From a virus, in IMG/VR virus record IMGVR_UViG_3300027973_000032, positions 46,289-110,288 of that record: a stretch of 64,000 nt of DNA; one strand, given 5' to 3'. The notes under the pieces are model-generated. The model was given only the letters and a program-made list of their open reading frames with translations. It was not told where the DNA came from and did not search any database. Shown piece after piece: positions 16,723-26,413 of the stretch (positions are counted from its first letter, which is position 1; each line of letters begins with the position of its first letter). A program made the translations under genes and the position numbers.

Positions 16723-17097
16723 ATGAGCGAATACACTTACAAGAGCTGGGACGAGTACACTCCATTGGAGCAGGCTGCCATGACCTGGTGGGATATGTAC
16801 AAGGACGCCTACGGCGTTCGCCCACGTGGCACAGACACCAGCTCCTGGACACTGGAGAAGTTTGAGAGTGAATTCAAGTACCTCCAGGACGTGATCCACT
16901 GCAACGAACGCCAACGTGAACTGGACGAGGCCTTCAACATCAAACGGTTTGAAGAGCGCGTGGCCAAAGTCATTGAACTGGGTGCCAAAGACCGCGCAAT
17001 GGCCCTGCGTTGGATCCACGAGGCTGAAGGCAGCAACGGCGACGACGAATACCTTTGCTTCTGCGTTGGCGTTCCATACGGCTATATTAAATCTTAA
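16723..17097 (+). CDS. Early hypothetical protein
   Basis: AAGGAG RBS; DMYKDAYGVRPR; in-frame upstream ATG at 16696. Confidence 0.8.
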   Translation: MSEYTYKSWDEYTPLEQAAMTWWDMYKDAYGVRPRGTDTSSWTLEKFESEFKYLQDVIHCNERQRELDEAFNIKRFEERVAKVIELGAKDRAMALRWIHEAEGSNGDDEYLCFCVGVPYGYIKS

Positions 17098-17118
17098 TCC
17101 TAAACTGAGGACTACGCA

Positions 17119-17364
17119 ATGACTGCATCACAGAAACAACAGGCCTTCCAGGAAATCATTAGCTGGCTAATGTGGCGTAAAGACACTAGGAAATGTAAGT
17201 CTGTAACACGTAAGGCCATTGTATCCTATTACGAAGCTGTCAGTAAACAGATCACTGGCGTATTTGAAATAAAGGTACTAGAGGCTACCCATATGAACTC
17301 ACTGGCGCAGGCCACAGGCGGCGTCTATGTCGTATCCAAGCACAAAGGCAGTATCAAATACTAG
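17119..17364 (+). CDS. Early hypothetical protein
   Basis: GAGGA RBS. Confidence 0.65.
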   Translation: MTASQKQQAFQEIISWLMWRKDTRKCKSVTRKAIVSYYEAVSKQITGVFEIKVLEATHMNSLAQATGGVYVVSKHKGSIKY

Positions 17365-17365
17365 T

Positions 17366-17414
17366 GTTGTAATAGCACAACGGGCTAGACATCATAGCCC
17401 ACCGATGCTATACT
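17366..17414 (+). promoter_or_regulatory. Composite box promoter 14
   Basis: GTTGTAATAGCACAAC, GGGC, TAGACA, 17 nt, TATACT. Confidence 0.85.
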
Positions 17415-17442
17415 ATTGAAACTGTAACAAAGGAACAACGCA

Positions 17443-17778
17443 ATGACTACTACTGCTAACATCCCCGCACTCCACGTTGAAGCCTCACGTAAGGCAGCTG
17501 AGAAGGCACGTGAACTAAACGCTACACTGGGACAAGCTTGGCCCTGTGGCTTTGCTTGGGTTAACATCAGCGGCGTTAAGCTGAGCACTAGGCAAGGCAA
17601 GGAGTTTGCCAAGCTGGGCTTCCGTAAAGCATACGGCTACCCCAACACTGTACAACTGTGGAACCCCAGCGGACACCCTACACAGAACATGGACGTGAAG
17701 GAGATGGCTGCTGATGTTTACGCTGAAGTGTTTCGTCAAGCTGGCTTCAATGCTTTTGCCGGCTCGCGTATGGATTGA
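17443..17778 (+). CDS. Conserved phage hypothetical protein
   Basis: CGFAWV...Q..D.KE..A..YA...SRMD. Confidence 0.8.
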   Translation: MTTTANIPALHVEASRKAAEKARELNATLGQAWPCGFAWVNISGVKLSTRQGKEFAKLGFRKAYGYPNTVQLWNPSGHPTQNMDVKEMAADVYAEVFRQAGFNAFAGSRMD

Positions 17779-17809
17779 TTGTGCTCGCGTTTGTTTGGTA
17801 AATCCCTTT

Positions 17810-17835
17810 AACTCCACTTCGGTGGAGTTTTTTTT
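17810..17835 (+). terminator. Rho-independent terminator closing the early array
   Basis: AACTCCAC-TTCG-GTGGAGTT followed by a T run. Confidence 0.9.
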
Positions 17836-18024
17836 GGTGGTGGTGATGATAGGTGGTGGTGGCTTATAAAAAGAAAAACTGTTGTAAAAAAACAACAGCT
17901 ACTAGCACCCCCAAAAAAGGACCCATATAGGCGAAAACACCCCCTGGAAACTCTAAGTACTTTGTAGCAATTTTTCGTAGCGCAGAAAAAAAGAGTGCAG
18001 GGCCCATTTCAGCTAACTAGTATT

Positions 18025-18783
18025 ATGAAAATCTGTAAAACTTGTAATCAAGATAAACCAATAAATGAGTATTATAAAAATCGATCAGTCTGTCGAGCTT
18101 GTTTAAGTATAAAATATCATACCAACAAACCCCCTAGTCAAGGTCCCCGTATATACAAGCCCAAGCCGATGCCTGAACATAGAACTTGCCGAGGTTGCGA
18201 TCAAACTCTCTCGATAAGTGAATTTAGTATGTGGCAACCTAAAAAAAGAGTTAGTTTAAGAATTGACACAGTATGTAAATCATGTAGAAAAGAATACTAT
18301 TATAAAAACAGAGAAACAATAAGAGCCAAAGCTGCTAGTAAGCGTATACCAAAACCCAAGCCGCCAAGGAGAACTATTGAAGAAGTTCGCGCTAGGACGG
18401 CTGCATATAAAAAGCGTAGGCGTAATGAAGATCCTTTATTTAGGTTGCGTTCTAATATTGGAACTGCCATCGCTAATGCATTATCTGCCATCAAACATAG
18501 GAAGAGTAATTCAACTGAAGAAATTATTGGTTGTTCTTTCGCTCAGCTCAAAGAGCATTTAGAGTCACAGTTCCTGCCTGGTATGAATTGGAGTAATCGA
18601 GAGTTATGGCATATAGATCATATTGTTCCTCAATCCTTAGCCACTACAGAACAACAAGTGATTATGTTAAATCACTATACTAATCTACGTCCATTGTGGA
18701 TTATTGACAACTTGCATAAAGCAGCCGCAATAACAGAAGAAGTAAAAACTCATTCCTTATATACTAAACTTTATACCCTGTAA
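18025..18783 (+). CDS. Free-standing HNH homing endonuclease
   Basis: Two CxxC...CxxC zinc repeats; WHIDHIVP...NHYTNLRPLW..DN..K. Confidence 0.85.
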   Translation: MKICKTCNQDKPINEYYKNRSVCRACLSIKYHTNKPPSQGPRIYKPKPMPEHRTCRGCDQTLSISEFSMWQPKKRVSLRIDTVCKSCRKEYYYKNRETIRAKAASKRIPKPKPPRRTIEEVRARTAAYKKRRRNEDPLFRLRSNIGTAIANALSAIKHRKSNSTEEIIGCSFAQLKEHLESQFLPGMNWSNRELWHIDHIVPQSLATTEQQVIMLNHYTNLRPLWIIDNLHKAAAITEEVKTHSLYTKLYTL

Positions 18784-18830
18784 ATTTTTCGCGCGCCAAT
18801 TTTTTTGGGCTGTAGACCCGGTTCGGATAG

Positions 18831-18838
18831 TATAAATA
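18831..18838 (+). promoter_or_regulatory. T4-type late promoter
   Basis: TATAAATA, 4 nt before the ATG at 18843. Confidence 0.7.
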
Positions 18839-18842
18839 CTGG

Positions 18843-19586
18843 ATGCAATTACGTGAGTTATTTAAACCTAGTCCAGTGTCAGACCAGCATGTGAATTCTT
18901 GGGAGTGGCGTTTTCGCAATGACCAATTTGCTCAAGCTCTATTTAAAGTTGGTAGCATAGTCTACATGTTCAGTGCCACCAGTGATAATGAAGATGGGGA
19001 TGAAGGGGATTGGTCCATTGAGTTTCAATCTATGAAACGGGTCAAAGGCATTTCAGGATTTGACAACACTGGTACGGGCAATGAAGTAGAAGTATTCAAC
19101 ACAGTCATTGACATCATACGGACCTTGATAGCAGACTTGGGCCATAGAGTACAGCGATTAAATTTTTCAGCAGCTACCTCAAGAAGAAAAAGTTTGTATG
19201 CACGAATGGCTCATAGGTTATTGCCCAATTGGCAGTTAGATCAGTATGGTGATCATTTTACATTAACCAGACCACAACCTCAACATAAGCATCAACCTAA
19301 ACCTCAGCCCCAAGAGCATCCAGTAGATGAGGATTGGAATGCAGTAAATCGTCATGATCATACTGATGGACTTAGTAAGGGTGCAGTCAGTGCATATCGT
19401 CGTGAGCATCCTGGTAGTAAGTTACAAACAGCAGTAACTACCAAACCCTCAAAGTTAAAAGCTGGTAGTAAAGATGCAAAACGACGTCGTAGTTTTTGTG
19501 CTCGTATGTCAGGTAATAAGGGACCAATGGAAAAAAATGGTAAGCCCACACCTAAGGCTCTGTCCTTACGCCGTTGGAATTGTTAA
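18843..19586 (+). CDS. Late protein with a basic C-terminal DUF6321-like domain
   Basis: PGSKLQTAVT...RRRSFCARMSG...LRRWNC, after a Pro/Gln linker. Confidence 0.7.
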   Translation: MQLRELFKPSPVSDQHVNSWEWRFRNDQFAQALFKVGSIVYMFSATSDNEDGDEGDWSIEFQSMKRVKGISGFDNTGTGNEVEVFNTVIDIIRTLIADLGHRVQRLNFSAATSRRKSLYARMAHRLLPNWQLDQYGDHFTLTRPQPQHKHQPKPQPQEHPVDEDWNAVNRHDHTDGLSKGAVSAYRREHPGSKLQTAVTTKPSKLKAGSKDAKRRRSFCARMSGNKGPMEKNGKPTPKALSLRRWNC

Positions 19587-19623
19587 AATAAATAAATATA
19601 CGTATTAATAGAGGAACATATTC

Positions 19624-20322
19624 ATGAGTGCCATTTTCAGAGTTACCAATGAGTCCAGTGCATTAAGTACCAGTGTAGACTATGCCTTAAGTAGAGCCAT
19701 CAACAGTTATCGTGAGTTACCAGATGCATGTATCAGTGTAGTGGGTTATAGTGGATACAAGACACGTTATTTTATCAATAATCTAATGAGAAAAATCATA
19801 GCACCCAAGTATTTACAAGTGGGTTTATGGAAAGGCAGTATGTTCTGTTCAGCCATTGGTGGGGTGCCAGGTATCACAGCCTTGGGCATTGACAATTTTA
19901 GTTTAAGTCCAGACCGTGATGCATTAGATTCAAACATCAGTCTAGTCAAGTATAGTTCCACCACAGTTGACGTATTAGATCAGGATTTCAGCACAGTAAA
20001 TTTCAGTGGTCGTGGTCCTTTCAATGTCATGGTCTATGATGGTGGACGTGGTATTGCGCCTGATAGTATTCTTCCCACTGTAATCGATGCCATGGACAGT
20101 AGTTTTGTGTTTGTAGTACAGGATTGGGATCATGCATATGGTGGTGGATCTAGTCCTTTAAATGCTGGTGTATTAAGTAGTATTGCTGACCTAGGCCTGA
20201 CCACACAGTATTATACAGATGTACAAAGTGGTGGATATTATGAGAGTGGTGGGAACAATTCCAGTGATGTCTACTATACCGACTGGCATAATGGACTAGG
20301 CATATTTGTTTTAACTAAGTAA
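19624..20322 (+). CDS. Class I SAM-dependent methyltransferase (Methyltransf_24-like)
   Basis: YLQVGLWKGS, GIDNFS, VYDG, VQDWD, WHNG. Confidence 0.7.
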   Translation: MSAIFRVTNESSALSTSVDYALSRAINSYRELPDACISVVGYSGYKTRYFINNLMRKIIAPKYLQVGLWKGSMFCSAIGGVPGITALGIDNFSLSPDRDALDSNISLVKYSSTTVDVLDQDFSTVNFSGRGPFNVMVYDGGRGIAPDSILPTVIDAMDSSFVFVVQDWDHAYGGGSSPLNAGVLSSIADLGLTTQYYTDVQSGGYYESGGNNSSDVYYTDWHNGLGIFVLTK

Positions 20323-20378
20323 TAGTAGCAGTTAATGGAGTAAAAAATCGCTAAAAGCGGTTCGCTGCTTCGCAGTCA

Positions 20379-20810
20379 TTACAGCCACATTTCTCTAAAT
20401 TCGCCTTGGCTATGTAACACCGTCCAAGCAACTTCAGCTAGGAAATCAAAGTGATCTCTAAGTTGTTGTATTTCATGATCTGGTCCAATCTGTGCCAGTA
20501 CTCTAGTATAACAGCCCTGTCCCAAGTCTGTATAGTAGCTGGCACTAATGCCTCTTCGTGATCCAATATCTGGGAATACAGCTCTAGTAAACCAGCAAGT
20601 ATCTCCTAGAGCCATAGTAGCTTCTATGCCGCGTACAGTCATGTATTGTTCAGCGTAACTGGGTTGTGGTTGCCAAGGGTTTTGATCTATCTTGCTGACC
20701 AAAACTTCTACCATATGTTGTTGTAATTTTTGGGGAATATGCCATCCCTGACGATCTAATGTGTCAGACATCAATGTGGTAAAAGCCTTTTCAACGCCTT
20801 TATGTTTCAA
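20379..20810 (-). CDS. Hypothetical protein
   Basis: 143-aa ORF; TAAATA upstream on the - strand. Confidence 0.7.
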   Translation of the reverse strand: MKHKGVEKAFTTLMSDTLDRQGWHIPQKLQQHMVEVLVSKIDQNPWQPQPSYAEQYMTVRGIEATMALGDTCWFTRAVFPDIGSRRGISASYYTDLGQGCYTRVLAQIGPDHEIQQLRDHFDFLAEVAWTVLHSQGEFREMWL

Positions 20811-20848
20811 ACTGTATTCCTCGACTAGATATTTATAATAAATATGGT

Positions 20849-21076
20849 ATGAACACTGTACAAGAACAATATGGGCAATATGGTGCTGCCGAAGTCAATC
20901 ATGGCGGCAATGCCAGTCCTGTTGGTTCAAAAGCCACTTCTGATAGTGTGTCAGATAATGATCAAATTCAAAAATTGCAACAGCAAGTTAATATGTTGCA
21001 TCGTGAAATACGTAAGTTACATAATCGCCATCGTGAAATGCACAGTGAGTTACAGCGTTTACGTCAGAGGGATTAA
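20849..21076 (+). CDS. Small coiled-coil protein
   Basis: ATAAATA upstream; heptad-like C-terminus. Confidence 0.65.
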   Translation: MNTVQEQYGQYGAAEVNHGGNASPVGSKATSDSVSDNDQIQKLQQQVNMLHREIRKLHNRHREMHSELQRLRQRD

Positions 21077-21078
21077 TC

Positions 21079-22305
21079 ATGGACAGTAAACAGACCACCA
21101 TACTATGTAGTGATGTCATAGGGTATAGTAAAATGATGGGTATGGATGAGCAAGGTACCTTAGTCAAATTAGATGCTTGCCGTGCCATAATTGATCCATT
21201 AATTATAGAGTACAGGGGTAGGTTGTTTAATACTGCTGGTGATAGTGTATTAATGGAGTTTGCCAATCCTGTAGATGCCATTAGGTTTGGTGTGGAAATG
21301 CAACATCGTATTGGTGAATTAAATAACGGTATGCGTTGGCGTATTGGAGTACATATTGGTTCAGTTTACGTTTATGGCACCAATCTTTTAGGTGACACAG
21401 TGAATCTCGCTGCTCGTATAGAAAGTCAAGCCGACTATGGCGGAATCTGTTTGAGCAGTAGTGTATATGAAGTTGTCAAAACTGCTGTCGATGATTTAGT
21501 TATTGAAAATCGTGGACTACAAGAATTTAAAAATATAGATAAACCCATTAACATATATGCAGTAAAAATGCCAGGATCAGAGATCAATCCGTCTGTCAAA
21601 GTCAAACAGACTGTACGTTATAGTAGGGAAGAATTAATCAAGGGTGTGGTAAATGATCGAGCTGCACAGGGTCGTAGTTTTGCAGAAGCTCAGCATTATA
21701 AATTAGATCGTAATTACAGGGCTACAGTACGTATTCTAATGTGGCGTTTAACACGTAAGTGTATGGACAGTATGACTGAGTTATTTGACATGGCTGCAAA
21801 GGGGCTAGTGCCGGAAGAGTTACGTGATCCTTGTGTAGCTGTAATCACTGAATATTGCAAGGGCATAGACAGTGAAAATGCCATGAAGATTAGCAAGTTG
21901 TTAGAGGGGCCGTTAGGCGCTCATCGTGCTTATAGTTTGTATTTCTTAACATTGGCAGCAAAGACTAACGTAGAAGCTCTAGTGCGATATTTTGACATAG
22001 TCATAGAAGATTCCGCCAGTAGCCTACGTGAAATTACAGATGCTGTGGAGAGATTAACGGAAGCTGCTCATAGAAAGCACGTACCTGCTATATTAAGATT
22101 AGCCCAGCATTATGCCTTAGATGGCAATAAGCGTGAGCAGTTTAAGTGGTTATGGGTAGCACGTAGTATGCGTGATGAATCAGCACAGGAAGAATTACAA
22201 AAACTAGCCAATAGTATTAGCAAGAGTGATTTTAATAATTACAAGTTTGATGCAGAAGCCTTGTTGGACGAGGTCAATTTCAATCGTTCAACCAGTATAT
22301 ATTAA
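21079..22305 (+). CDS. Class III adenylate/guanylate cyclase with helical-repeat (Sel1/TPR-like) C-terminus
   Basis: ILCSDVIGYS, TAGDSV, RIGVHIG, GDTVNLAARIE and FKNI motifs. Confidence 0.88.
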   Translation: MDSKQTTILCSDVIGYSKMMGMDEQGTLVKLDACRAIIDPLIIEYRGRLFNTAGDSVLMEFANPVDAIRFGVEMQHRIGELNNGMRWRIGVHIGSVYVYGTNLLGDTVNLAARIESQADYGGICLSSSVYEVVKTAVDDLVIENRGLQEFKNIDKPINIYAVKMPGSEINPSVKVKQTVRYSREELIKGVVNDRAAQGRSFAEAQHYKLDRNYRATVRILMWRLTRKCMDSMTELFDMAAKGLVPEELRDPCVAVITEYCKGIDSENAMKISKLLEGPLGAHRAYSLYFLTLAAKTNVEALVRYFDIVIEDSASSLREITDAVERLTEAAHRKHVPAILRLAQHYALDGNKREQFKWLWVARSMRDESAQEELQKLANSISKSDFNNYKFDAEALLDEVNFNRSTSIY

Positions 22306-22619
22306 TAGTCCTCTTCTTCGTCGTCTTCGTTAGGTCCACTGTTAATACGACGATCGGCCAGTATACGTTCCATTTCAATGGTCTTACCACGTAGTTCCAT
22401 CACAGTAACAACCTTTTGATTTAGGCGTATGAGGTCGTTGTCCAACAATCTAATACGATCAATCAAGTGTATAATAGTTTCATTAGTTTCTTTAATAACG
22501 GGTTTAATTTCTGTGGTAACCCAGTGCCATACATAATAGATTAGGTATGCCATGCCACCAGCAGCTACCACTGGAAATCCGTATTCGTTGATAAGATCGG
22601 TAATAGCACTAGTTTCCAT
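22302..22619 (-). CDS. Single-TM coiled-coil protein (holin/YvrJ-like), paralog A
   Basis: GFPVVAAGGMAYLIYYVW followed by a coiled coil. Confidence 0.7.
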   Translation of the reverse strand: METSAITDLINEYGFPVVAAGGMAYLIYYVWHWVTTEIKPVIKETNETIIHLIDRIRLLDNDLIRLNQKVVTVMELRGKTIEMERILADRRINSGPNEDDEEEDY

Positions 22620-22891
22620 TAGTCTTTCCTATGATCAATCTGTTCAGCTCTGGCTATGCGTTCATAGTCAGGTTCTAGGCCTAGTGCATGACTAACTTTG
22701 ACATCAACTCTTGTTAGTTGATTGGTCATAACATCCACACGGATTTCTAAATTTTTAATAGTACTACTCATGCTATGGATACTGCTGGTCACGCCATCCA
22801 GTATGAATTTCAGTGTAAGGAATACAAAGTATCCTGCCATTAGGCTAGCAGCAATGGGAAATCCTACATCAGTGATTAATTTAAAATCCAT
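22619..22891 (-). CDS. Single-TM coiled-coil protein (holin/YvrJ-like), paralog B
   Basis: GFPIAASLMAGYFVFL followed by a coiled coil. Confidence 0.7.
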   Translation of the reverse strand: MDFKLITDVGFPIAASLMAGYFVFLTLKFILDGVTSSIHSMSSTIKNLEIRVDVMTNQLTRVDVKVSHALGLEPDYERIARAEQIDHRKD

Positions 22892-22947
22892 GGCTTTTCC
22901 GTTATATACATATTTAAATGTACTCGTGGAAAAGTTAAACTAGTAGA

Positions 22948-24348
22948 TTATTCGTTAAATTTGTTTAGCAGTTGTTTTAGTTTAGTGCTTTCTACTTCGA
23001 CCTTTCTAGGTGCTGACACACCTTCAGAAGGTTCATCTCTCTGTGCTGCTGAGCGTTGTTTAATAGTGTTAAGAATATTGCTGCCACTTCTAACATCTAC
23101 TGGTTCAGCATCCTCATTAAGGTCACTGATACGTAGACTATCCAAATCAAAAGCCAATTCAATCTTCTGTCCAACTCCACTACTGCTACGAGTTTTCAGC
23201 AGTTGTATTTGATATCTGCCATGATCTCGCATACCTCTGCTAATGTAAATACCAAACACGTTGTCAGCTGTTTGAATCTTACTAATACCACCGCTGATAT
23301 GGCTGTGGTCAAATTCAACTTCTTCCACTGCACCTCTGTTCAACTGCGCCGCTGTAACTAGCACACAGTTCTTTTCTACTGCCAAATTGCGTAGTTCTTC
23401 TGACACGTATTTGTCTTTGATAAACAAATTTTCAGCACTGATCTTCTTGCTCATGGGCATGAGTAAGTCCAAATAATCTACCAGTAGTACGTCAGTCTTA
23501 CGTCCAATTTTAATTTCAAATTCCTTCATGAAGCTGCGTATATCGTTAACAGTCTTGCCTGCGGGCATGTATTTGATCTGATAATTGCCGCTCTTTTTAC
23601 CTATTACACGAACCTTCATTTCTACTTCATCAATCTGTTTGAACACTTCTCTAGTACTGATTCCAGTGCTCATACTGTCTAGTCTTAGCCCCACTAGTTC
23701 TTCACTAAGTTCCAATGTCAAGTATACTACATTAAGTCCAGCTAGTGCCCAGTTAAGTCCAAGATTGGCCAAGAACAAGCTCTTACCAGCGCCTGAACCA
23801 CCAGCAAAAATGTTTAGTTCACCTCTGTTAAATCCACCAAATAGTTTCTGATCTAGACTAGACCAGCCTGTACTGACCTGTCCATTTTTATCCTTAATGC
23901 GTAGTAATCTGCTACGTGGATCTTCAAAGTAGTCAGTGCCTAGATCTTTTTGCAAGCCTATTTGTACTGCTTTCTTAATGAGATCTTCCACTGGTCCATA
24001 TTCGCCTTGTTCCAGCAAATCAGCACTGGCCAATATGGCTCTGCCCAAGCTTTTGTGTCTAATAAAAGTTTCAAAGCTGGTCAGTAGCCAGTCATAGTGT
24101 TGTTCTTCTAGTTCGCCAACTTCTTTAATTTCAATGCCAGTGGCAGCAGTCACTATGTCGTAAGTGGGCATGATGCTATGATTAGTCACATAGTCATGTA
24201 TAAATTTTGCTGCTGGTTGTAGTTTACGATCAAACAGTTCACTGTCAAAAATGCTTTGGCAGCGTACAAAGGTAGCGCTGTCACTCAGCATCATTTCCAA
24301 GTATAGTTTCTGTACGTCGTAGCCGTATTCTGGATTCTGTGTAGCCAT
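22948..24348 (-). CDS. Replicative DnaB-like helicase (T4 gp41 type)
   Basis: GGSGAGKS, TLEL, LLVDYLDL, TAAQLNR, KTR. Confidence 0.92.
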   Translation of the reverse strand: MATQNPEYGYDVQKLYLEMMLSDSATFVRCQSIFDSELFDRKLQPAAKFIHDYVTNHSIMPTYDIVTAATGIEIKEVGELEEQHYDWLLTSFETFIRHKSLGRAILASADLLEQGEYGPVEDLIKKAVQIGLQKDLGTDYFEDPRSRLLRIKDKNGQVSTGWSSLDQKLFGGFNRGELNIFAGGSGAGKSLFLANLGLNWALAGLNVVYLTLELSEELVGLRLDSMSTGISTREVFKQIDEVEMKVRVIGKKSGNYQIKYMPAGKTVNDIRSFMKEFEIKIGRKTDVLLVDYLDLLMPMSKKISAENLFIKDKYVSEELRNLAVEKNCVLVTAAQLNRGAVEEVEFDHSHISGGISKIQTADNVFGIYISRGMRDHGRYQIQLLKTRSSSGVGQKIELAFDLDSLRISDLNEDAEPVDVRSGSNILNTIKQRSAAQRDEPSEGVSAPRKVEVESTKLKQLLNKFNE

Positions 24349-24353
24349 ACTAT

Positions 24354-24382
24354 ATTATAACTTCTTTAAACGTTAATTTCAA
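24354..24382 (-). promoter_or_regulatory. sigma70 promoter for the helicase
   Basis: TTGAAA, 17 nt, TATAAT; 5 nt before the ATG. Confidence 0.65.
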
Positions 24383-25313
24383 TGTGTTTGACAGGATCCC
24401 ATTTATAATCCCATACTCTTTGTGTTGTATGATATAGTACTGCGCCAATGCTGCTACTTGGATCTCCTGGATTTGGCAAGCTCCATCTATACTTAAACAA
24501 TGGTTCAACTACAGATTTATTAGCCTTGCTATTCATAGCACATCCTCCCATATAAACTAAACAATCTGTATTAGTAAGTTGTTTTGCTGTGGTCATTACC
24601 ATTTTAACTTGCTCTTCAAATACCTGTTGTACTGCGGCTGCCAAATCGCATTGTTCTTCTAATGTTGTTAATTCATTATGTTCCCAACGCAATACTCCTC
24701 GATGAAAGTTTGTATTAGAGTTCAATACACTAGCATTAAAGTAACTTCTTACATACTGTAAGAATTTAGATGGGCTGCCTCGCTCTGCCATTTGTTGTAG
24801 TAAATATTCATCTTTGATCGGAGTTAATCCTACAAATTTTGTGAATGCACTGTAGAACAATCCAAGACTATGTGGATAACTTCGACGCCATACCTTTGTC
24901 ATTTTGCCTTGAGCACATTTCCATATGGTAGCACATTCAAATTCTCCAATTGCATCTAATACAACTACTGCACAATTATCGAAGGGGCTAGTATAATAGC
25001 CTGCGGCAGCGTGGCTACCATGATGTGGAGTATAAGTCACAGGAACATAATTAAACTGTGTTAGATGGCGTTTAGGCAATACCTGCATGTCCAATGCTGT
25101 TGAATATTGGCCAGCATAGAATTGCCTTGCTTTTTTAAGCCAAGGTCTTTCGTACCAAAAAATACGATTGGGCTGACCATGGGCCAATGCTGAATTATAT
25201 AGAGTACTATCTATGTAATCCAAAGTACTTGTAGTCTGTGACAGTAGTTTTCCCTCTTTAAACACAGCAAGACTACTGCCGTGATTAAGAGCGTTTATGC
25301 CCCAGTTAATCAT
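24366..25313 (-). CDS. Carbamoyltransferase, NodU/CmcH family (N-terminal Kae1-like domain only)
   Basis: HGSS, HHGSHAAAGYYTS, DAIGE, SLGLFYS, GGCAMN, PGDPSSSIGA. Confidence 0.85.
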   Translation of the reverse strand: MINWGINALNHGSSLAVFKEGKLLSQTTSTLDYIDSTLYNSALAHGQPNRIFWYERPWLKKARQFYAGQYSTALDMQVLPKRHLTQFNYVPVTYTPHHGSHAAAGYYTSPFDNCAVVVLDAIGEFECATIWKCAQGKMTKVWRRSYPHSLGLFYSAFTKFVGLTPIKDEYLLQQMAERGSPSKFLQYVRSYFNASVLNSNTNFHRGVLRWEHNELTTLEEQCDLAAAVQQVFEEQVKMVMTTAKQLTNTDCLVYMGGCAMNSKANKSVVEPLFKYRWSLPNPGDPSSSIGAVLYHTTQRVWDYKWDPVKHIEINV

Positions 25314-25426
25314 TTGTAGATAAATGGATCACGTTTGCGTAATTCTTCAAGACGACGTTTAAATCGTTGACGTTCTTGCCAACGATGATACGGATACAAT
25401 ATGAAATTTTTAATTTTTTCTAGCAT
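25310..25426 (-). CDS. 38-aa basic peptide ending RDPFIYK (not in ORF track)
   Basis: MLEKIKNFILYPYHRWQERQRFKRRLEELRKRDPFIYK*; overlaps both neighbours. Confidence 0.7.
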   Translation of the reverse strand: MLEKIKNFILYPYHRWQERQRFKRRLEELRKRDPFIYK

Positions 25427-26379
25427 TTAAACCACTCCCTAGCTATTAATTTTATTTTAACGTCGTTGGTAATTTCAGCTTGTTTAATCATCAACAACGT
25501 GGTCAATTTACCATATGTTCGAACTGCATCATTGATATCTTTTATGCCTTCATCCCAGTTAGGCATACTCACTGACCAATTATATTTAACGGCTTCTTCT
25601 ACTAATTTTTTACCTGCATCGTCTCTATCTGGGACTAGAATAATTCTTTTGTTTAACCGTTCAATAATGTATCTTTGTTGACTGTTTATTTCTGATCCCA
25701 TAATAGAAACTGCATCAATACTTATAGCATCTAATGGACCTTCACAAACAATTATGCAATTTCTATCAGTTTGATGATCCAAATTAAAAACGTATCCTGG
25801 TTGTTGTTCACTCAAGTATTTGGGAGTGCCTGATCTAATATGTCTAGCAGTATATCCTACAATGCGATTTTGATAGTAAAATGGCACAATCAATCTACTG
25901 ACAAAAGCAGGTTCAGGACTCCAATAAAATTTATAATCCTCAAGATATAAGTTTCTACTCAGTAAGTATTCTAATACTGGGATTAAGCTTTCAGGTGGAT
26001 CATTTATATAGTTTTCAATAGGTTCTGCGCCTATGGGTAATGATTTGGTCAAAAATGTAGGTGTTAGCTGTTTGGGCGTATATGAGTCTGAATTCTGTTC
26101 TCTTAGTGCTTCAATAAAACATTTGGAAATAATGTCATCAGGTACATGCAGTTGTTGCATGAGTTTGTGTAATTTGGAACTAATTGTTCTACCAGGTTGC
26201 CAACTGGCTTTGAAACCGCAGTTAAAGCAATGATAGCTAATGACTTCATTTTCCATAATAATGCCACCACGTTGCCTATCATCTTGGCAGCAAGGTGCAT
26301 TGAAACTGATCCAGCCGCTGGGAGTTTGTTTTCTTTTAGGCGGCAGATAATTGGTGATTATTTCACTGACATAGCTCAT
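25420..26379 (-). CDS. DNA primase (T4 gp61/DnaG type)
   Basis: Zn finger (APCC...HCFNC); TOPRIM EGPLDA and PDRDDAG. Confidence 0.9.
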   Translation of the reverse strand: MSYVSEIITNYLPPKRKQTPSGWISFNAPCCQDDRQRGGIIMENEVISYHCFNCGFKASWQPGRTISSKLHKLMQQLHVPDDIISKCFIEALREQNSDSYTPKQLTPTFLTKSLPIGAEPIENYINDPPESLIPVLEYLLSRNLYLEDYKFYWSPEPAFVSRLIVPFYYQNRIVGYTARHIRSGTPKYLSEQQPGYVFNLDHQTDRNCIIVCEGPLDAISIDAVSIMGSEINSQQRYIIERLNKRIILVPDRDDAGKKLVEEAVKYNWSVSMPNWDEGIKDINDAVRTYGKLTTLLMIKQAEITNDVKIKLIAREWFKC

Positions 26380-26384
26380 GCTAT

Positions 26385-26413
26385 ATTTTACACACTTAGT
26401 ATAGCGTAGTCAA
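26385..26413 (-). promoter_or_regulatory. sigma70 promoter for the primase
   Basis: TTGACT, 17 nt, TAAAAT; 5 nt before the ATG. Confidence 0.65.

Noticed and set aside
21079-22891. Pycsar-like cyclase plus membrane effector operon
   Set aside because: The two TM genes are convergent rather than co-transcribed, are single-pass holin/YvrJ-like proteins, and do not resemble PycTM.
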